NCBI GenBank assembly: GCA_002269645.1
Contig: NIVC01000199.1
Coordinates: 186,001 to 250,000 of the forward strand
Direction of reading: 5' to 3'
Source of the DNA: Macrostomum lignano
Taxonomy: Eukaryota
Length of the DNA: 64,000 nucleotides
The notes under the pieces were generated by a model. That model had not been told where the DNA came from. It searched no databases and worked only from the letters and a program-made list of their open reading frames with translations. Positions within the stretch are counted from its first letter, which is position 1. Every line of letters starts with the position of its first letter. The translations under genes and the position numbers were made by a program. Shown here in pieces: positions 36,001-51,000 of the stretch.

Positions 36001-39000
36001 AGCTGCAGGCATGACTTTGACCAGGAGATGCTGCAGTTGAGCGTTTCTTTCACTAGACAGGTATGACCAGTTTTTTTATCTTTCAATACTACAACATGCC
36101 AGCAGAGTTACACCTGACCACTGAAAATTAGCAGCCAGGAATGCAGCCAATAACACAGCCAAAGCGGCACAAATTTTTAAGAGCGTAATATGCAAATGCT
36201 TATCAGGAGCAGCCTATATAAAAAATCAATATTGGCAAATCCGCATGCAGAACGAAGTGACCGCAAGATTTGGCGGCTGGCGCGACGATCACGCTGGAAT
36301 CGTGAGCTACGAGGCCCAAGTCATGCCGATGTACAGGCTGGGCGATCGGCTGAACGAGAACCATCACGGAGCTGCACCGCCTCATAAATCCATTTTGCTC
36401 ACTGGTGAAGCCGAAGAGACGCGACGTGACGGTGGGGATAGGCAGTTTAGCATTCGGGTGAGTAGTCGGCTAAGATACCTAAAATACCTTAGCGCGAAAT
36501 TTTGCTCTTAAGTTTGATTGGCTGCCGTTCTCTCTTGATTTTGTACCGTAGTTTGAGCTGCCACCGGCTACCCCGGCTGTCTACTCAATAATAGTCACAG
36601 CTAGAGACGCTGTAAGGAACGCAATGAAAAACCTGAGACGGACTAGACGCTTCTTTATCTATGACAACACATCGTTTGTCAGCAAACGCGACTCCATATA
36701 CCCATTGAGCGTGGATAACAGCATTTCAAACGATGGTCACTGGTGGCTACAAAATCTCGATGAAAATGTTGTCTTTCGCTGGACCGACAGCTTCATAAAC
36801 GAAATTCACGATACGGGAGGCTTTTTGTTGCCAATCATTCGATTGCCTGAGCTCTATAACGAGGGCTACGAACATAATGCAGGACCTCGGAGTGTGAACG
36901 CTATCGACAACGTGCACGGAGTTGTTCACTTCGCGGCTCAGTTCGGCGTGGACGCAGACGGCGGTCGAAGCCTGCAGAATCCGGACGCCAGCAGGTGGCT
37001 GCCGACGGCGGATCTTCATGCCCAGATGCAGAGCTTCCGAGTGAGCAGACGCGATGGAGAATCGGCCAAGCTGTGGGTGCGAGCCGAGGATGTAATGAAC
37101 AGCAGCCAGGTGAACAGCTTTGTGCTGCACTTCGATTCGTCCCCCGCGCAGCTGGGCCAGATAGGCCTTGTAAACAGAGGTGTCGATGGTCTGGTTGTGC
37201 ACCACAGCAGAAGCCTGCATGAGCTCAGGTTAGTCCTTAGCCTGCTTTGATGAGGGAAATTGTCTTGTTGTATATAAATCTCAATCTTTTAAACTTTCAG
37301 AGCTCAATGGACATCATCGGATGTGCACAGCGGACTATACACCGTGAAGTGGGAAATAATTGACAATTATACCGATTCAGCAGTACTGATGCACTCGCAA
37401 CACGAAAGAAGACAGCGCTTTGACAGTGCCGAGGTAAAATATAAAATTCTAACATTTGCTTTCTATATTCTATGCATTATTAGTTCCATCGAATTGTTTT
37501 TTTTCAGAGCTGTCGAAAAACTTCCTACCGACCTGAATATTGCTACTGCACTTCTATCACCGGTTGCTTTAATGCGTTTTACGCAGCATCGCCGAATACA
37601 GAAGCAACTACTGAGCACAACCACGACTTGCTCCTGAAGCTCACAGTGACAAATAGTGCATTGCTGACTAGCAGCAGCACTATCAAAATCAGCATCGACT
37701 TGTCGGCACCTCATCCTGGTCACGTGTTCGACGGCGCTCCGGGCTCTGAGGAGGAAGTCGATTTTCAATCGGGGCGCCTGCTCCGGGCGCACTGGAGCGG
37801 CTTCTTTGATCCGGAGAGTGGCATTCGGATGTACAGGTGCAAGAAAATTTTTTTCAATCGAATTCAGACTTTGGACCCCATGAGTTCATTTTGATTCCCA
37901 TGGAGTTGTAGCCTATTGGTTAGAGCGTCGGACGCATAAATTGAAAGTCGGGGGTTCGATTCCCAATTCGACTGGAACAATTTGTGTCCTTGAGCAAGAA
38001 AGTTAACTCTGCATTGCTTTCAGTTCACCCAGCTGTAAAATGTGTGCCAGCATTAGCTGAGATAATTGAGGGTGTGTGTGGCGACCCCTTAGTCTTGGAC
38101 TGAACAGCCGTACGCAGCCTTCAGATGCGCCGCACAATAGCTGCGGCTGAGCTGTCGGTTGCACATATGGCCAACTCGGGGCAAGTGTAATCAATAAATT
38201 TATTATTTTATCAAATATTCATTCCCACGCCAACCAGGTATGGTTTCGGAGCCAGCTGTCTGTCAGAGTCGCAGCTGCACCTGGAGACGACCGGCCTTGA
38301 AGCTATCTGGGAGGCTCCCGGACCCGGCAGCTACATGATCGCGGTTGCGGCCTACAACAATGCAATGGAACCGTCTGCCGTCGTCTACTCAGACGGAGTA
38401 TTAATCACGGACCACAGGCCCAGTATTGCCCAGATTAGCATTGGAAGTCTTAGAGTTCGTCCTGGACTACTGCTGGACGCCGGGTCCCAGGATCTCTGGT
38501 ACCTGACCGAGACTGGACGGCGCAGGGAGCTTCACAATGACAATGCGACCTGCAGGTGTGCATCCTGTATAAGCTCTGCTGTTTATCTGTTAAAACTCCA
38601 TCATACTTATATGTCACGCGAACGATATTTTTCATTTCCCGCAGAGCTCGTGCAACAAGGATGGAAAACACCAACTTGCTAGCGTTGGATCTCAGCAAGT
38701 TCAACGAATCGGTAGTTCAAAAGTTTGAGGACGCAGATTGCGAAGACATCGGTCCCGCAGGAGAAGTGTTCTACCTCGTGACGGATAGCGCCGTGAGTGG
38801 CGAATCTGAACCGACAATACAGTCAATAGTAGTCAACTAGCAATCTATTGCCCCCTTCGGGGCGCGAAATAAGCAAAGAGCAAAAATTACTGATGGAAAA
38901 CAATTAAAGAAGCACATTTTCTTAAGAACCAAAATCCTTCTTCACTTTTAAAAACCACCTTATTCAAGTACAATTGTCACGGACAAAGATAATTGCTATG

Positions 39001-42000
39001 AATCTCCTTTTTTCTAAAATTAACAGAAAGACAATAAAATAAAGTTTTCACAGAGATAACAGACATTCCCCCTAAATAGTAAACATCCCCAAGACAGCAA
39101 GCATCCCCCAGATAGCAAGCATCCCCCCAGATAGCAAGCATCCTGCAGATAGCAAGCATCCTGCAGATAGCAAGCATCCTGCAGATAGCAAGCATCCTGC
39201 AGATAGCAAGCATCCTGCAGATAGCAAGCATCCTGCAGATAGCAAGCATCATCCAGATAGCAAGCATCCACCCCGATAGCAAGCATCATCCAGATAGCAA
39301 GCATCCCTAAGATAGCAAGCATCCACCCCGATAGCAAGCATCATCCAGATAGCAAGCATCCCTAAGATAGCAAGCATCCACCCAGATAGCAAGCATCCTG
39401 CAGATAGCAAGCATCCTGCAGATAGCAAGCATCCCTCAGATAGCAAGCATCCACCCAGATAGCAAGCATCATCCAGATAGCAAGCATCATCCAGATAGCA
39501 AGCATCCCTCAGATAGCAAGCATCCTGCAGATAGCAAGCATCCCCCAGATAGCAAGCATCCTGCAGATAGCAAGCATCCTGCAGATAGCAAGCATCCTGC
39601 AGATAGCAAGCATCCTGCAGATAGCAAGCATCCTGCAGATAGCAAGCATCCTGCAGATAGCAAGCATCCTGCAGATAGCAAGCATCATCCAGATAGCAAG
39701 CATCCACCCCGATAGCAAGCATCATCCAGATAGCAAGCATCCCTCAGATAGCAAGCATCATCCAGATAGCAAGCATCCTGCAGATAGCAAGCATCCCCCA
39801 GATAGCAAGCATCCCTCAGATAGCAATCATCCCTCAGATAGCAAGCATCCTGCAGATAACAAGCATCATCCAGATAGCAAGCATCCCTCACATAGCAAGC
39901 ATCCACCCAGATAGCAAGCATCATCCAGATAGCAAGCATCCTGCAGATAGCAAGCATCATCCGATAGCAAGCATCCACCCAGATAGCAAGCATCCTGCAG
40001 ATAGCAAGCATCCCTCAGATAGCAAGCATCCCCCAGATAGCAAGCATCCTGCAGATAGCAAGCATCCTGCAGATAGCAAGCATCCTGCAGATAGCAAGCA
40101 TCCTGCAGATAGCAAGCATCCTGCAGATAGCAAGCATCATCCAGATAGCAAGCATCCTGCAGATAGCAAGCATCCTGCAGATAGCAAGCATCCTGCAGAT
40201 AGCAAGCATCCTGCAGATAGCAAGCATCATCCAGATAGCAAGCATCCTGCAGATAGCAAGCATCCTGCAGATAGCAAGCATCATCCAGATAGCAAGCATC
40301 CACCCCGATAGCAAGCATCATCCAGATAGCAAGCATCCCTCAGATAGCAAGCATCCACCCAGATAGCAAGCATCCCTCAGATAGCAATCATCCCTCAGAT
40401 AGCAAGCATCCTGCAGATAGCAAGCATCATCCAGATAGCAAGCATCCCTCAGATAGCAAGCATCCACCCAGATAGCAAGCATCCCTCAGATAGCAATCAT
40501 CCCTCAGATAGCAAGCATCCTGCAGATAGCAAGCATCATCCAGATAGCAACCCTCAGAGCTCAGAGCATCAATCCTTTATACGTACGTCTGACACTTCGA
40601 CACTGGGCGTACAGAAGTTGCCCACCCGTGTTAATCTTGGCTATTCGACGTTGTGTTCGCTAGTATCTCAGAAGCAATAGTTTTTCAGCCTTCTTCTGAT
40701 CCGTCATTTTTCAGAGATAAGACTTGGTTTTTAGAACTTTTAAGAATTTCAGTCCATTTTAGAGCTAAGATCAAAATTTTTAGCAAACCAGAAAAATCTG
40801 CTGTCCTGTATGGCATACCGTATCTAGCAGAGGAAAAACACTGATACTGATAATACTTGTGCTTGAAACCTGACTGACTATCTGACAGACCAAAATTGTT
40901 TTTTTTCAACTCTTCAGACTTGATTTCGAATTCAAACTTGTCAAAACTGAATTTCAAGGCAAGGTAAAGGGCTGAATAAGTAGCAAAAAACAAAAAACAA
41001 GTTAGATTTAGTGCAGAAGCCTGTGGGTTACAGTACAGTGTGTTGCAAGCTATGGTACGGCTGGCTCGTATGCAAGGTATCAAATTTCAGCAGCCTAAGT
41101 ATTTAATGAAATTCTCTTTCCTAAATTGAGAAACTCTGGCTTAAGGGACCTCCTACTTATTGCATCTACTTTTTATATTACGAGCATTTTATGTTTAAAT
41201 GACCCCCCCCCCCTGATGATGCAGGGCCTAGTTTGTTTATGATTAACCATGAGCCGAAAATTCTTCCCAGCTATATTCAAGCATAGTGCTTCCATTTTCG
41301 GTTTACTTTAAAAAAATTCTCTCACAGTTGCGCAAATGTTACAATAAATGTGTTTCCAGCTGGAGCTGAGCTGGAGAGCAGCTGACTCGGTGTCCGGAAT
41401 CCGCAAGTACTCAGTCTTACTGGCCCGCGACTCAACCGGACTGTCAAGCATTTCCGGACCATTTTTCACGAAGCATTCGACGGAAAAAATCTCTGGACTG
41501 TCGCTAGAAGATGGAGGCAGGCTGTTTGTGATTGTGACAGCTAACAATCGGGCGGGATTATCGGCAAACTTGGTGAGAAGTTCGTTTTTAATCAAAAACG
41601 AAAAGTTAACTCATCAATTTAACGTTCCGTATGAAACTAACTTTCAGACATTCGGGCCAATCACTGTGGACACCAGCGAGCCAAAGTTTTCGGGTCAGTT
41701 GAAGACTCGCTCAGACAGCCAGCTGCTGGTGGTTTGCTGGGGCGGTAGCGACTTCCAAGATCCAGAGTCTCACGTTCTCGAATTCGAAGTTGGCGTTGGT
41801 ATGAGTTTTTGGAAATCTTTTTCTTAATAAATAATGCTGGCATTGCGGACCAATACTAGACTTAAGCCATGTTTTGGAGTAACATTCTTGGTATGAAAGC
41901 ATGATTTTCAGCACGTTTTAGCTTCTCTGATGATGAATTACAGCCGTGTCCTAGAGAACCCTGCTTAGATGACTAAAAGATTGTGCCTATTAGGTTGACA

Positions 42001-45000
42001 GTTGCCATCAAAGTATTTGAACTCAGTCTTTATTCTAATTCTTCAAACACATTTTAGGTTGTGTCTGGTTCCTATTACATTTAGCTCGTATGATTGGCCC
42101 TGAGAACGAGTTTACGAAATAATTCCCAAGAACTCTGCCTCTGCTTACCGTTAGTTCATTCTTGAGAAATCCCCGTTGAAGCCGTTGAGAGCCATAGGAG
42201 CACAGTGATCGAAAAGTGCGATCTGGCGACAGCCGATATTCAACATCCAGTCACTGGATTGCGCATCTTCTACGCTTTTGTTTCCAAGACTGATGGATTG
42301 ATTGATCATTGATTACCGCTCGAGCTCGCCTATTCCGCCATCTACTTCGCGTCTGTCTAATCAATATCATCGAGGATCAACGTTTCGGAAGGGCCAATCT
42401 TCAATTGAAAGCCACCGCTGCGATGTTCATCAAGTCAGGTGGATCCGTGAAGCAGTTCTGTGCTTTTAGAGACCGAGGATTTGGAAAAGCTACAAAGCTA
42501 CTTTGACCGAAGTTATCCCACCATTCTTCAACAGGAGGTGTACTCACGTGCTTGCTTTCCACTTTTGGTTCCAGGCCTATTGATTAGTTTGATATTCTGG
42601 CTTTAATTGAAGTTTTCTTGTGATATTTTCCAGTTGCATGCTGTTTAATAATGCAATGTTAAAAGAATTTTTTGCTCAGTGTGGTTTGGCCAAAGAAATT
42701 TGAATCGTGCAGCAATTTGGCTTCATTGGTGGACCCATGAAAACCCCTCCAACATGGTTACAATGATATGTTACTGAGTATTTCAGTATCAGATACTGTA
42801 GAAATGACGTTCAACGATATTTTACAATACGATTTCCATGCACAACCGAATCAATTAAAACTCCAATAGGTAGCCGCAGGAATTCCACCGACATTGTACC
42901 ATATCCGCCGGTAGTATCAGCCGAGTCTCAAGAGCGTAGTCGGGCCGCAAATATCTCGTCAGTTAACAGCACTTGCGCCGTGCTCCGCTTGCAAGAACTC
43001 GACTGGAATCTCATAGGGGAGCACACATATCACGTATCGATAAGGTGCACCAATGGTGCCCGTCTTACCACTACAGTGTTCGCCGAACCAATGGTGCATA
43101 CGAACCGGCTGCCCACTCAGGGAATTGTGATGGACGAAGACCCGGATGCTAATCTGGAGAACATGTTTGGGGTGAGTCAAGAAGCCTTACATAAGGTCGG
43201 AGTGCAAACATAGTGAAACATAGAGTAGTAGAAGCTCACCCTAAGGTAAAAATAAAACCAATTCACAAAAAATTTACTAGTGAATGAAGATGCTGTCGTC
43301 TTCAAGGTTCACCGCCCCCCACACCCCTGGCTTCCATAAGGCTACTTGGGGGCTTTTCCACCCCCCCACACCCCTGGCATTAGTAAGGCTTGTAATAAAT
43401 TTTAAAATAAACTACATGTAGCTTCTAAACTCTGCCTTTATATCTTAGCGATTCCCCCAAGCCTTGCCGTCTCAGTAATTCCCCTCGTAAGCCTTGACAT
43501 TTCAGCAATTCCCCCTCCCCCCAAGACTTTAAATCTCAGCAATTCCCCCCAAGACTTTACATCTCAGCAATTCCCCCCAAGACTTTACATCTCAGCAATT
43601 CCCCCAAGCATTGCCGTCCCAGTAATTCCCCCCGTAAGCCTTGACATCTCAGCAATTCCCCCCCCAAGATTTTACATCTCAGCAATCCCCCCCGGCCAGA
43701 AGACTTGAACCGAACCGAATATGAAAACTCACTTGTAATTCCAATCTAGTCATTTGACTTTTTATTGGCTGCAAAGTTTATCGTTAATTACATGCAAATA
43801 CAATAGGGTTTATTCTAGAACTACATGTAATGACAAAATGAAAATCCAAAGGCAAACTTCGAAAGATTTTAGTTTAATAGAGTAGCTTTCTTGTTGGTAC
43901 AAATATAAACTCATTAAACACAGTAAAATCATTGCATGTCACTTATAATTCAACCAATATTCACCGAATTAATCTGAATTAAACAACTAATTATTAGCTT
44001 AGCATGAAATTGCTGCTACCGCAGGTACCGCACGACATTCGATATCAGCTTCGAGCCGACACTTTGAGATCGCGCTGGTCTGGCTTTAAGTATGCAACCA
44101 GCTTTCAGGTGTTTCTGGTGGACGAAACCAACAATATTCTGGCAAAAAATCTGTCACTCCCGCCTGAAATAGTTCGCTATCAGTTTTTTGGTCTTGATCT
44201 GGAAGTATTTAAGGTGCGTTTTAACGTTGAAATTTCTTCCAAGGATGTACGAGCTAATATTGAATTAAATGCTCTTTGTTTGTTTAAACCACAGACGTAT
44301 TTCACCAAAGTGTCTGCCACGAACGCGCTGGGGACGGTGTCAGCCACGTCCAATGGCGTCACAGTGGAATCGCGCAGAGCAAAGCTTGGCTTGCACCCGA
44401 TGAATGTGCTGCCACCAGTGGCCAACGAAACGCGTCGCTATATGGTTGAAATGGATTTCCAGAGTTCACTGTCAACAATCAGAGTGCAATGGACCAGGCC
44501 TAGACCGCCGCTCGATGTGATATTTCACACCGCTTACTGGTCGCTTGAAAGGAAGCTGACACATGGTTTGTAAATTGATTTGTGTTTTGGGAGGGGCAAG
44601 GCCTGACGCTGGCCCACATGCGACTGTCTGTACGAGCGTATCTTGGTTCCATTCCATGAGTAGACCCTATCTAGGGGATCCGTCGTGCAATTCATGCTCA
44701 TGAAAAAAAATCCAAAAACACATAATGTGCACAATACCTAACGGCGTGAGTCAGGGCTTTGACTCACGGGTTAGTGTAATTGGCACAGCTATTTGCCTCC
44801 TTGCGGCCTTCAGGTCGACCGTTGCTTTGATTTGCGCCAGTGCCCAAAATCCTCTTGCGACAAAAAATTTCAGACTGGCAAACAGTTGAAGACTTCAGAC
44901 GAGTGGCTTACAACAATGATACAGTGGTGCTCACCAACTTGCACTTAAAGAATGGATCCATGTACAGATCACTGCTAAAGCTATGCAGCGAGAGGGTGTG

Positions 45001-48000
45001 CTCGGAAGCGGAGGCAACTCCTGAACTCATGGTACTGCACACACCTCCTAGCCCTAGCGACTGGTCTGTAAATCTTGAGCCTGATAATAAAACTGTGAGG
45101 ACCTTCTTCAAGTGTTTCGTACTTGTATTTCTGAATTTCGGATTTCCATTGCAATTATAATCGCTAAATTACCAATTTACCTTGATAATGCGCTGCAGAT
45201 TAATCTTAATATGAAGGAATTCAACCAGTTTCCGTCATCAGAGAAGAATACTATTAGCCACTATCAGTGGTCGCTGCAGCACGACGGTGCAAATATACTT
45301 AACTGGACTGATATTGACTTGCCTTCTAGTGATATTGCATCCAAGGTAATATGTTATTTACGTTAAGGGCGTTAGAGTGAATATTTATGATAGTGCGATT
45401 ACTTTGATTTTTCAGTCTATAATCATTGAGCTGCCCTGGCCAGTGCGCTCGACAAAGTGCCTGCAACTGGCAGTCAGGTGTTTCAACAGGGCCGGCTTGT
45501 CAACAATTGACAAGCGTCAGCTGAGAGACTGCAGCGCTTACGACCCGAAATTAATCATTGATCCAACTGTAACTGATGCAATTGGACCAGTGAGTCTGGG
45601 CAAGCACGAGCTGTGGACTCTCCCAGACGCTGATTATGCAAGTTCCAAAGCGCAGCTTGCGGCTGTCTGGCCTATGCTGCGATACACAGTAAGAATCTCT
45701 GTTGTATAGATTGTATAGATGTTTCGCATAAGACAAACTGTGATTTTTTAAATCTTCTTTTAGTTGTACGAATGGGCTCTCCTGGCGAGCAGCGGAGGCA
45801 CTGGAGGCTCTGGATATTACGACAAAGTGCTGCTCAATCCTCCAAGAAGCCCCATCAACCATCCTGACGCCATCGCAGGCGGATTCACTGATGCTGAGTT
45901 TGTGAATGTGCCGCCGGAACTGTCAATGCAGCCAGGCAGGCGCTATCACCTGTGTATTCATGCCAACGAGACGCTGTTGCAGTTTGAAAAGTTCACTCAG
46001 CTGCTGCCAGAGCTGGTTGAGTGCAGCGATGGCATCACTGCTCTGGGCGAGACTTCTGGGCGAGAGGGTCGAGTTGCTCTGAACGGTCGATTTGAGGATC
46101 AGATGGTGGTAAGTAGGCCATGATTCCCTAACTCATTTTACGCAAAAAGAATCAAGCACTTGGTCCGAACTCTGCAGACGTCGCTCTCAGACTTGCTAAT
46201 CGAATGGACCGGTTTCGAGGCACATGAGCAGCCGCAGGCTGATCTGCCTCACGTAACTGACATTCAAGAACACGCGTACTGCCTTGGCTCCTTCAAATCG
46301 GGTTGCGATGTACTTGACTGGATCAGCGTTGGTGTAGCTAAAAGTGCATCTCTGACTGGACTCAGCTCTGAGCTGCAGGAAGGCCACCGGTACTTTGTTT
46401 CTGTCAAAGGTATTATGATTATTTTGATTCGTATTGAGCACTATTGACATTACTAGAGATTATTCATGAAAAAATATATAATGTTTACAAAATAAATTTA
46501 CTCTTTATTTACTTTCCAAAGGAGTCGACTTCATTGGCCGGATAGTGCGGTCTCAGCCGCGCTCATTTCGCGTCGTCATTCATTCGCCGCGAATCAATCC
46601 GGACGCACTGATCGCTTTCGGAGGACGTCACCGCTCGATTTCGGTCCGGGGCGTTGGCGAAACCGTGTGCTGGCACGGCCGGTTTTCAGATCCGGTGGCC
46701 GCAGTTAGAACCTACTGGGTCGCTCTGGGCTCCTCACCAAGCCGTCCAGACGCTATACCGTTTGCAGAATCGCCTGACGAATGCCACTTCTGGAGCTCTG
46801 AAGAGCTGTCGGAGCTGCGCGATGGACACCACTATTGGGTGCTGCTCCGCGCTGAGAACTTTGCCGGACTCATCGCAGACGATCATTCCGCCCCGATCCT
46901 AGTCGATCGAAGCCCGCCATTGGCTGGCTCAGTGCTAGACGTCGATCCGATGGTGCATGCTGTTGGGACAACAGCTGCTCGGAACTGCAACTATCGGTCC
47001 AGCCCTGAGGGGGGCTGTCAGCCGTCTGGACAGACTTTCATGATCCGCATAGTCACCTGACAGATTACTGGGTTGCCGTGGGCTCCTGCAGGCACTGCCA
47101 GGATGTCATGGCCTTTCTCGAAGTTGGTGCCCGACAAAGTAAGCACAGCGCTGAGGGTAGGGCTCGAGTATTCAATAGAGAACGATGATTAATTAGCTAG
47201 GGGGTTTGTAAGACTTAAAATGGACAAGTTTGTAAAAGTATTTAGTCGAACTGTGTGATAACTTCTTCACGACAATATATACCGTACTACTGCTATCACA
47301 GCCCATTTGTCTTTTCGTCACACCTGTAAGATTTCAGTGTGGACCATTTGGACTTGCAATCTGGCCAGCAATACTTCTTCACCGTTCGCGGCTGCAATGC
47401 CGCCGATCTCTGCACCGAAGTGTCCTCCGACGGGGTTATCATTGATCCGACGGCTCCTCTTGCAGGAGCCGTTCTGGTTGGACCAACTGACAGCCATCAG
47501 GAGTTCCTGCGTCCTAGGTAAGACCAGAGTCGGAAATCCAGCCGAAAATCGAACGAAAAGAAGCTAATTTTGTCCGGTTTAAAACGGAAAATTTCAGCAA
47601 ACTTTTCGAATTTTCTCTAATTGGGTTTAATGACCCGGAGTCTGGCGTAGCGTTCCACCGGTGGGGAGTGGCAAGTCTGAATGCCTCAACGCCTGACGTA
47701 CTCAACTGGATTGTCACAGCTGAGACAAAGTTTTTGCAGCACAAGGCGAAACTTCCAACAAGGACATGGCTAAAAGTCTTAGTGGAGACTGTGAATAATG
47801 CAGGTATGAGCGTATGACGCGCTTCATATATTGTAGTTTACATAACGTTGTGTCACAATTTTCCCGATTAAATTCAGGATTGTCAATCGCGACCGAGTCG
47901 ATGGGTTTTCTGATAGACGAATCTATCCCAGAGATTCAGGTGCCACTGTCAGTCAGCGATGCAGTTGGCCAGCTGACACCCGACTGGTTAGTTGTTGATG

Positions 48001-51000
48001 ACGTCATCACTGTAGAGTGGGTAGTTTCCGATCAAGAAAGCGGTGTTAAAGAGTATTGGATCTCGTTGTGGTATCATGATACTGGTCGAATAACATTTGA
48101 GCCTATAAAGGTAAATTTTGACATTTGTAAACTCTGATTATCAGTGATATACAACGTATAGCTGCGTTACCCTTAAATACCCTTAGATATACTATTACTA
48201 AGAAAACAATAAAAGTTCGCCCCACTGCGGTATCATATGAAAATCCAGTTTGCGTTAGCAATATATACATGTATTATGTTGGTATTTTGTGAAGCTTTTC
48301 AATCTTCATGATCGTTTGATGTCCTCCTCGGAAGTTTCGACTTCGTCTTTCGTCGACCAAGAATTTCCTGTAGGCCCTTAGGTTAATGAAATGATTTTGA
48401 TTCAGCAGGCACGTTAAATTTTTACCCTGAAAATACAATTTTAGATTCCAGGCCTTCTTAACAACTTTACGTTTCACAACTTGGATTTGAAAGACGGTGG
48501 AAACTACACTGCCCAGCTGGTGTCCTGCAACAGGGCCGGCACCTGCATTCGTCAGTCCGTATCGGTGGCGGTGGACACGTCCCCACCTGTGACAGGTCAT
48601 CTGGCTGCTGCCACCGATTCCGCTGTGGATTTGGGCCGGCAAACCGAGGATGGACTCGCGTGGAAGGACAACCAGGTCAACATCAGTTGGGTGGGATTTC
48701 AGGATCCGCATTCGGGAATCGACAGGTATACAATTCAGATGGGTACAACTTGGTTTGGCTCGGAGTTGCTTCAGGTAAACCTTTAACGAATTACATTACT
48801 CTTTCTTAAAAGTGATTTGTTACTTGCTTGCTGACAAAGTTATTTGTCGGTATGAACAGGAGACGGAAGTCGAGCACAGTGACGAGACAGTAATCAGCGA
48901 ATCTTCCGATGTTCCATACGTGGAAATTGAAGCGGATAGCAAGACAATGGGTGACAACGGCTCCTCAAATGCGCACGAAGCTCCAATTCAAATGGCAAGT
49001 TTAAGACTTCAGCGGAGCCTGACGCCCGGAATATCATTCTTCGTTCATTTGGTCGCCATTAACGAGGCAAGCAAAGTTATAGATTTTAACTTATGCCTGG
49101 AATGAAAATGAAATAGCAAGTAAGGTTGCAACCCGATAAAAATCTTGAGTTAGTTGCACGGGGCCAGCAAGCCAACGAGGAGGAAAACAATATTACGCGC
49201 TACAGGTGTCCCTCATTAGCATGAATCGCACGTATGTGTCCTTGAGGTCTGTATCCATTCCAATCCGCTATTGAGCCTTTTTCAGTAAATCAGACTATGC
49301 GTACAACAATTTTAGAAAATATTTAATTTTTTGACAGGCCGGATTGCACAGCCAACCGGTTCACGCAACCCTAATTGCTCTCGACACGGGCAGCCTGTGG
49401 CTTCAGCGTCGCTGCCCCGGAGCCGCGACCTGCATTGGGCACTGTTCCTGTGCACCGCAGCACAAGCTCTGCCGGCCAGAAGTCGAAACTGACTGCCGAC
49501 CCGTCAAACCAGCAGACAGTGTGGATCATGATATTGAAGTGCTGGACACCCTCGGTGTCAGTCAGAGCAATGACACCTTGCCGAGAAATGGCATGCTGAC
49601 TACACCAACGCGTTCACTTCTGGCCGCAGTTTGGCGAATTCGGAAGCCCGTTGGTCGGCCGCCCATTCGCTATGAGGTTAGCGTCGGCTTGGCAAAGTTT
49701 GAGGAGCCTCGCGGAATACTGGATGTGGTGCATGAACGTGTTTGGCTTGATGTAGGACTTCGGAACCAAGCAGTGGTGAACATCACGGCTGGCAGGCGAC
49801 TGACGGAGCACGTAGCCTACAGGATGTTTGTTCGTGCCTGGTTCGATATGAGTACCTACGTTGTCTTCCATTCAAATGGCGTTCTTGTCAACACGCAACC
49901 GCCGCTGGTTAATAAACATCTTGGAGTCGGTGTGAAAGACTTGTTAACACCCGAGAGCCGGCGAGATACAGATTTTATCACAACGCCTGACATCGCTACC
50001 GTCGGTTGGAGAGGCAAGTTTTCGCAAATTAAAGAGGCACCGCCGCTCTTCTATCGCGTGTCGCTGGGAAACGAGCCCGGCATGAATGACATAGCTGAAG
50101 CCATCGTTTCGTTGAACAAAAGCGCTCACACCTTTTACGAGCTTAAACTTCAGCCGGGTTGTCGTTATTTTTCAACAGTGACGGCTGTCAATGAAAACGG
50201 ACTGGGGACGTCGGTATCCTCTGATGGTTTTTTGGTCGATCTAAAAAGTCCAAAACCTGGAGTCGTCTACAACAGACTCAGTAAGCAGCGTGTATTGTAG
50301 TCCTAGTTCGTACCTCAAATCATAAGCTGTTAATGTTTTTATGTTCTTCACATTCGCAGGTTTAACAGACGCTAGATACTCGCGAGAATTAAGCGAACTA
50401 TCGTGCAGCTGGCACGGATTTTTTGACGAAGAATCTTTCATCCAGTCATACGAGACATGCGTAGCTACCAAGCGCGATGGAAAAGATTGCGATGCTTTCA
50501 AGTGGACTGACGTCAAGTTTCGACAAAGTGTTTCTCTGCAGAGCTCGTGGCGACATGGCCAGGTGTATTTCAATCGAGTGCGAGCCATCGACGCAGCAAA
50601 TCGCACTTCAGAAGCAGTGACAGGTCCTGGCATTATTCTCGACGCGACGCCTCCCTTGGCCGTGGAACGTCTTGACTTAAAACCGATCTCAATAAAGAAT
50701 GGAAACTTTGAAGAGGCCGCCCAGTTACTGCGAAATTCATCTGAAGCGATTATTTCTCACTCGGATCTGATTCAATTGTGGAACGCCAATGCTTCGATTC
50801 CCTACTGGGATATTCAGGAAGGCCGCGCCATCTCTGTTCAAGTTGGAGCTTTGCTGGCTGCTGATGGCGAGTCTACTCTAATGCTTTTCGGTCGGGTTTC
50901 TCAAACTGTCGCCACAAAGCCTACGTGCAGGTATCGTCTGCAGCTCTTCGCCTCGCCTCTACCAGTCGCGGATCCGTTGTCAGCGATGGCGGGCGGCCTG

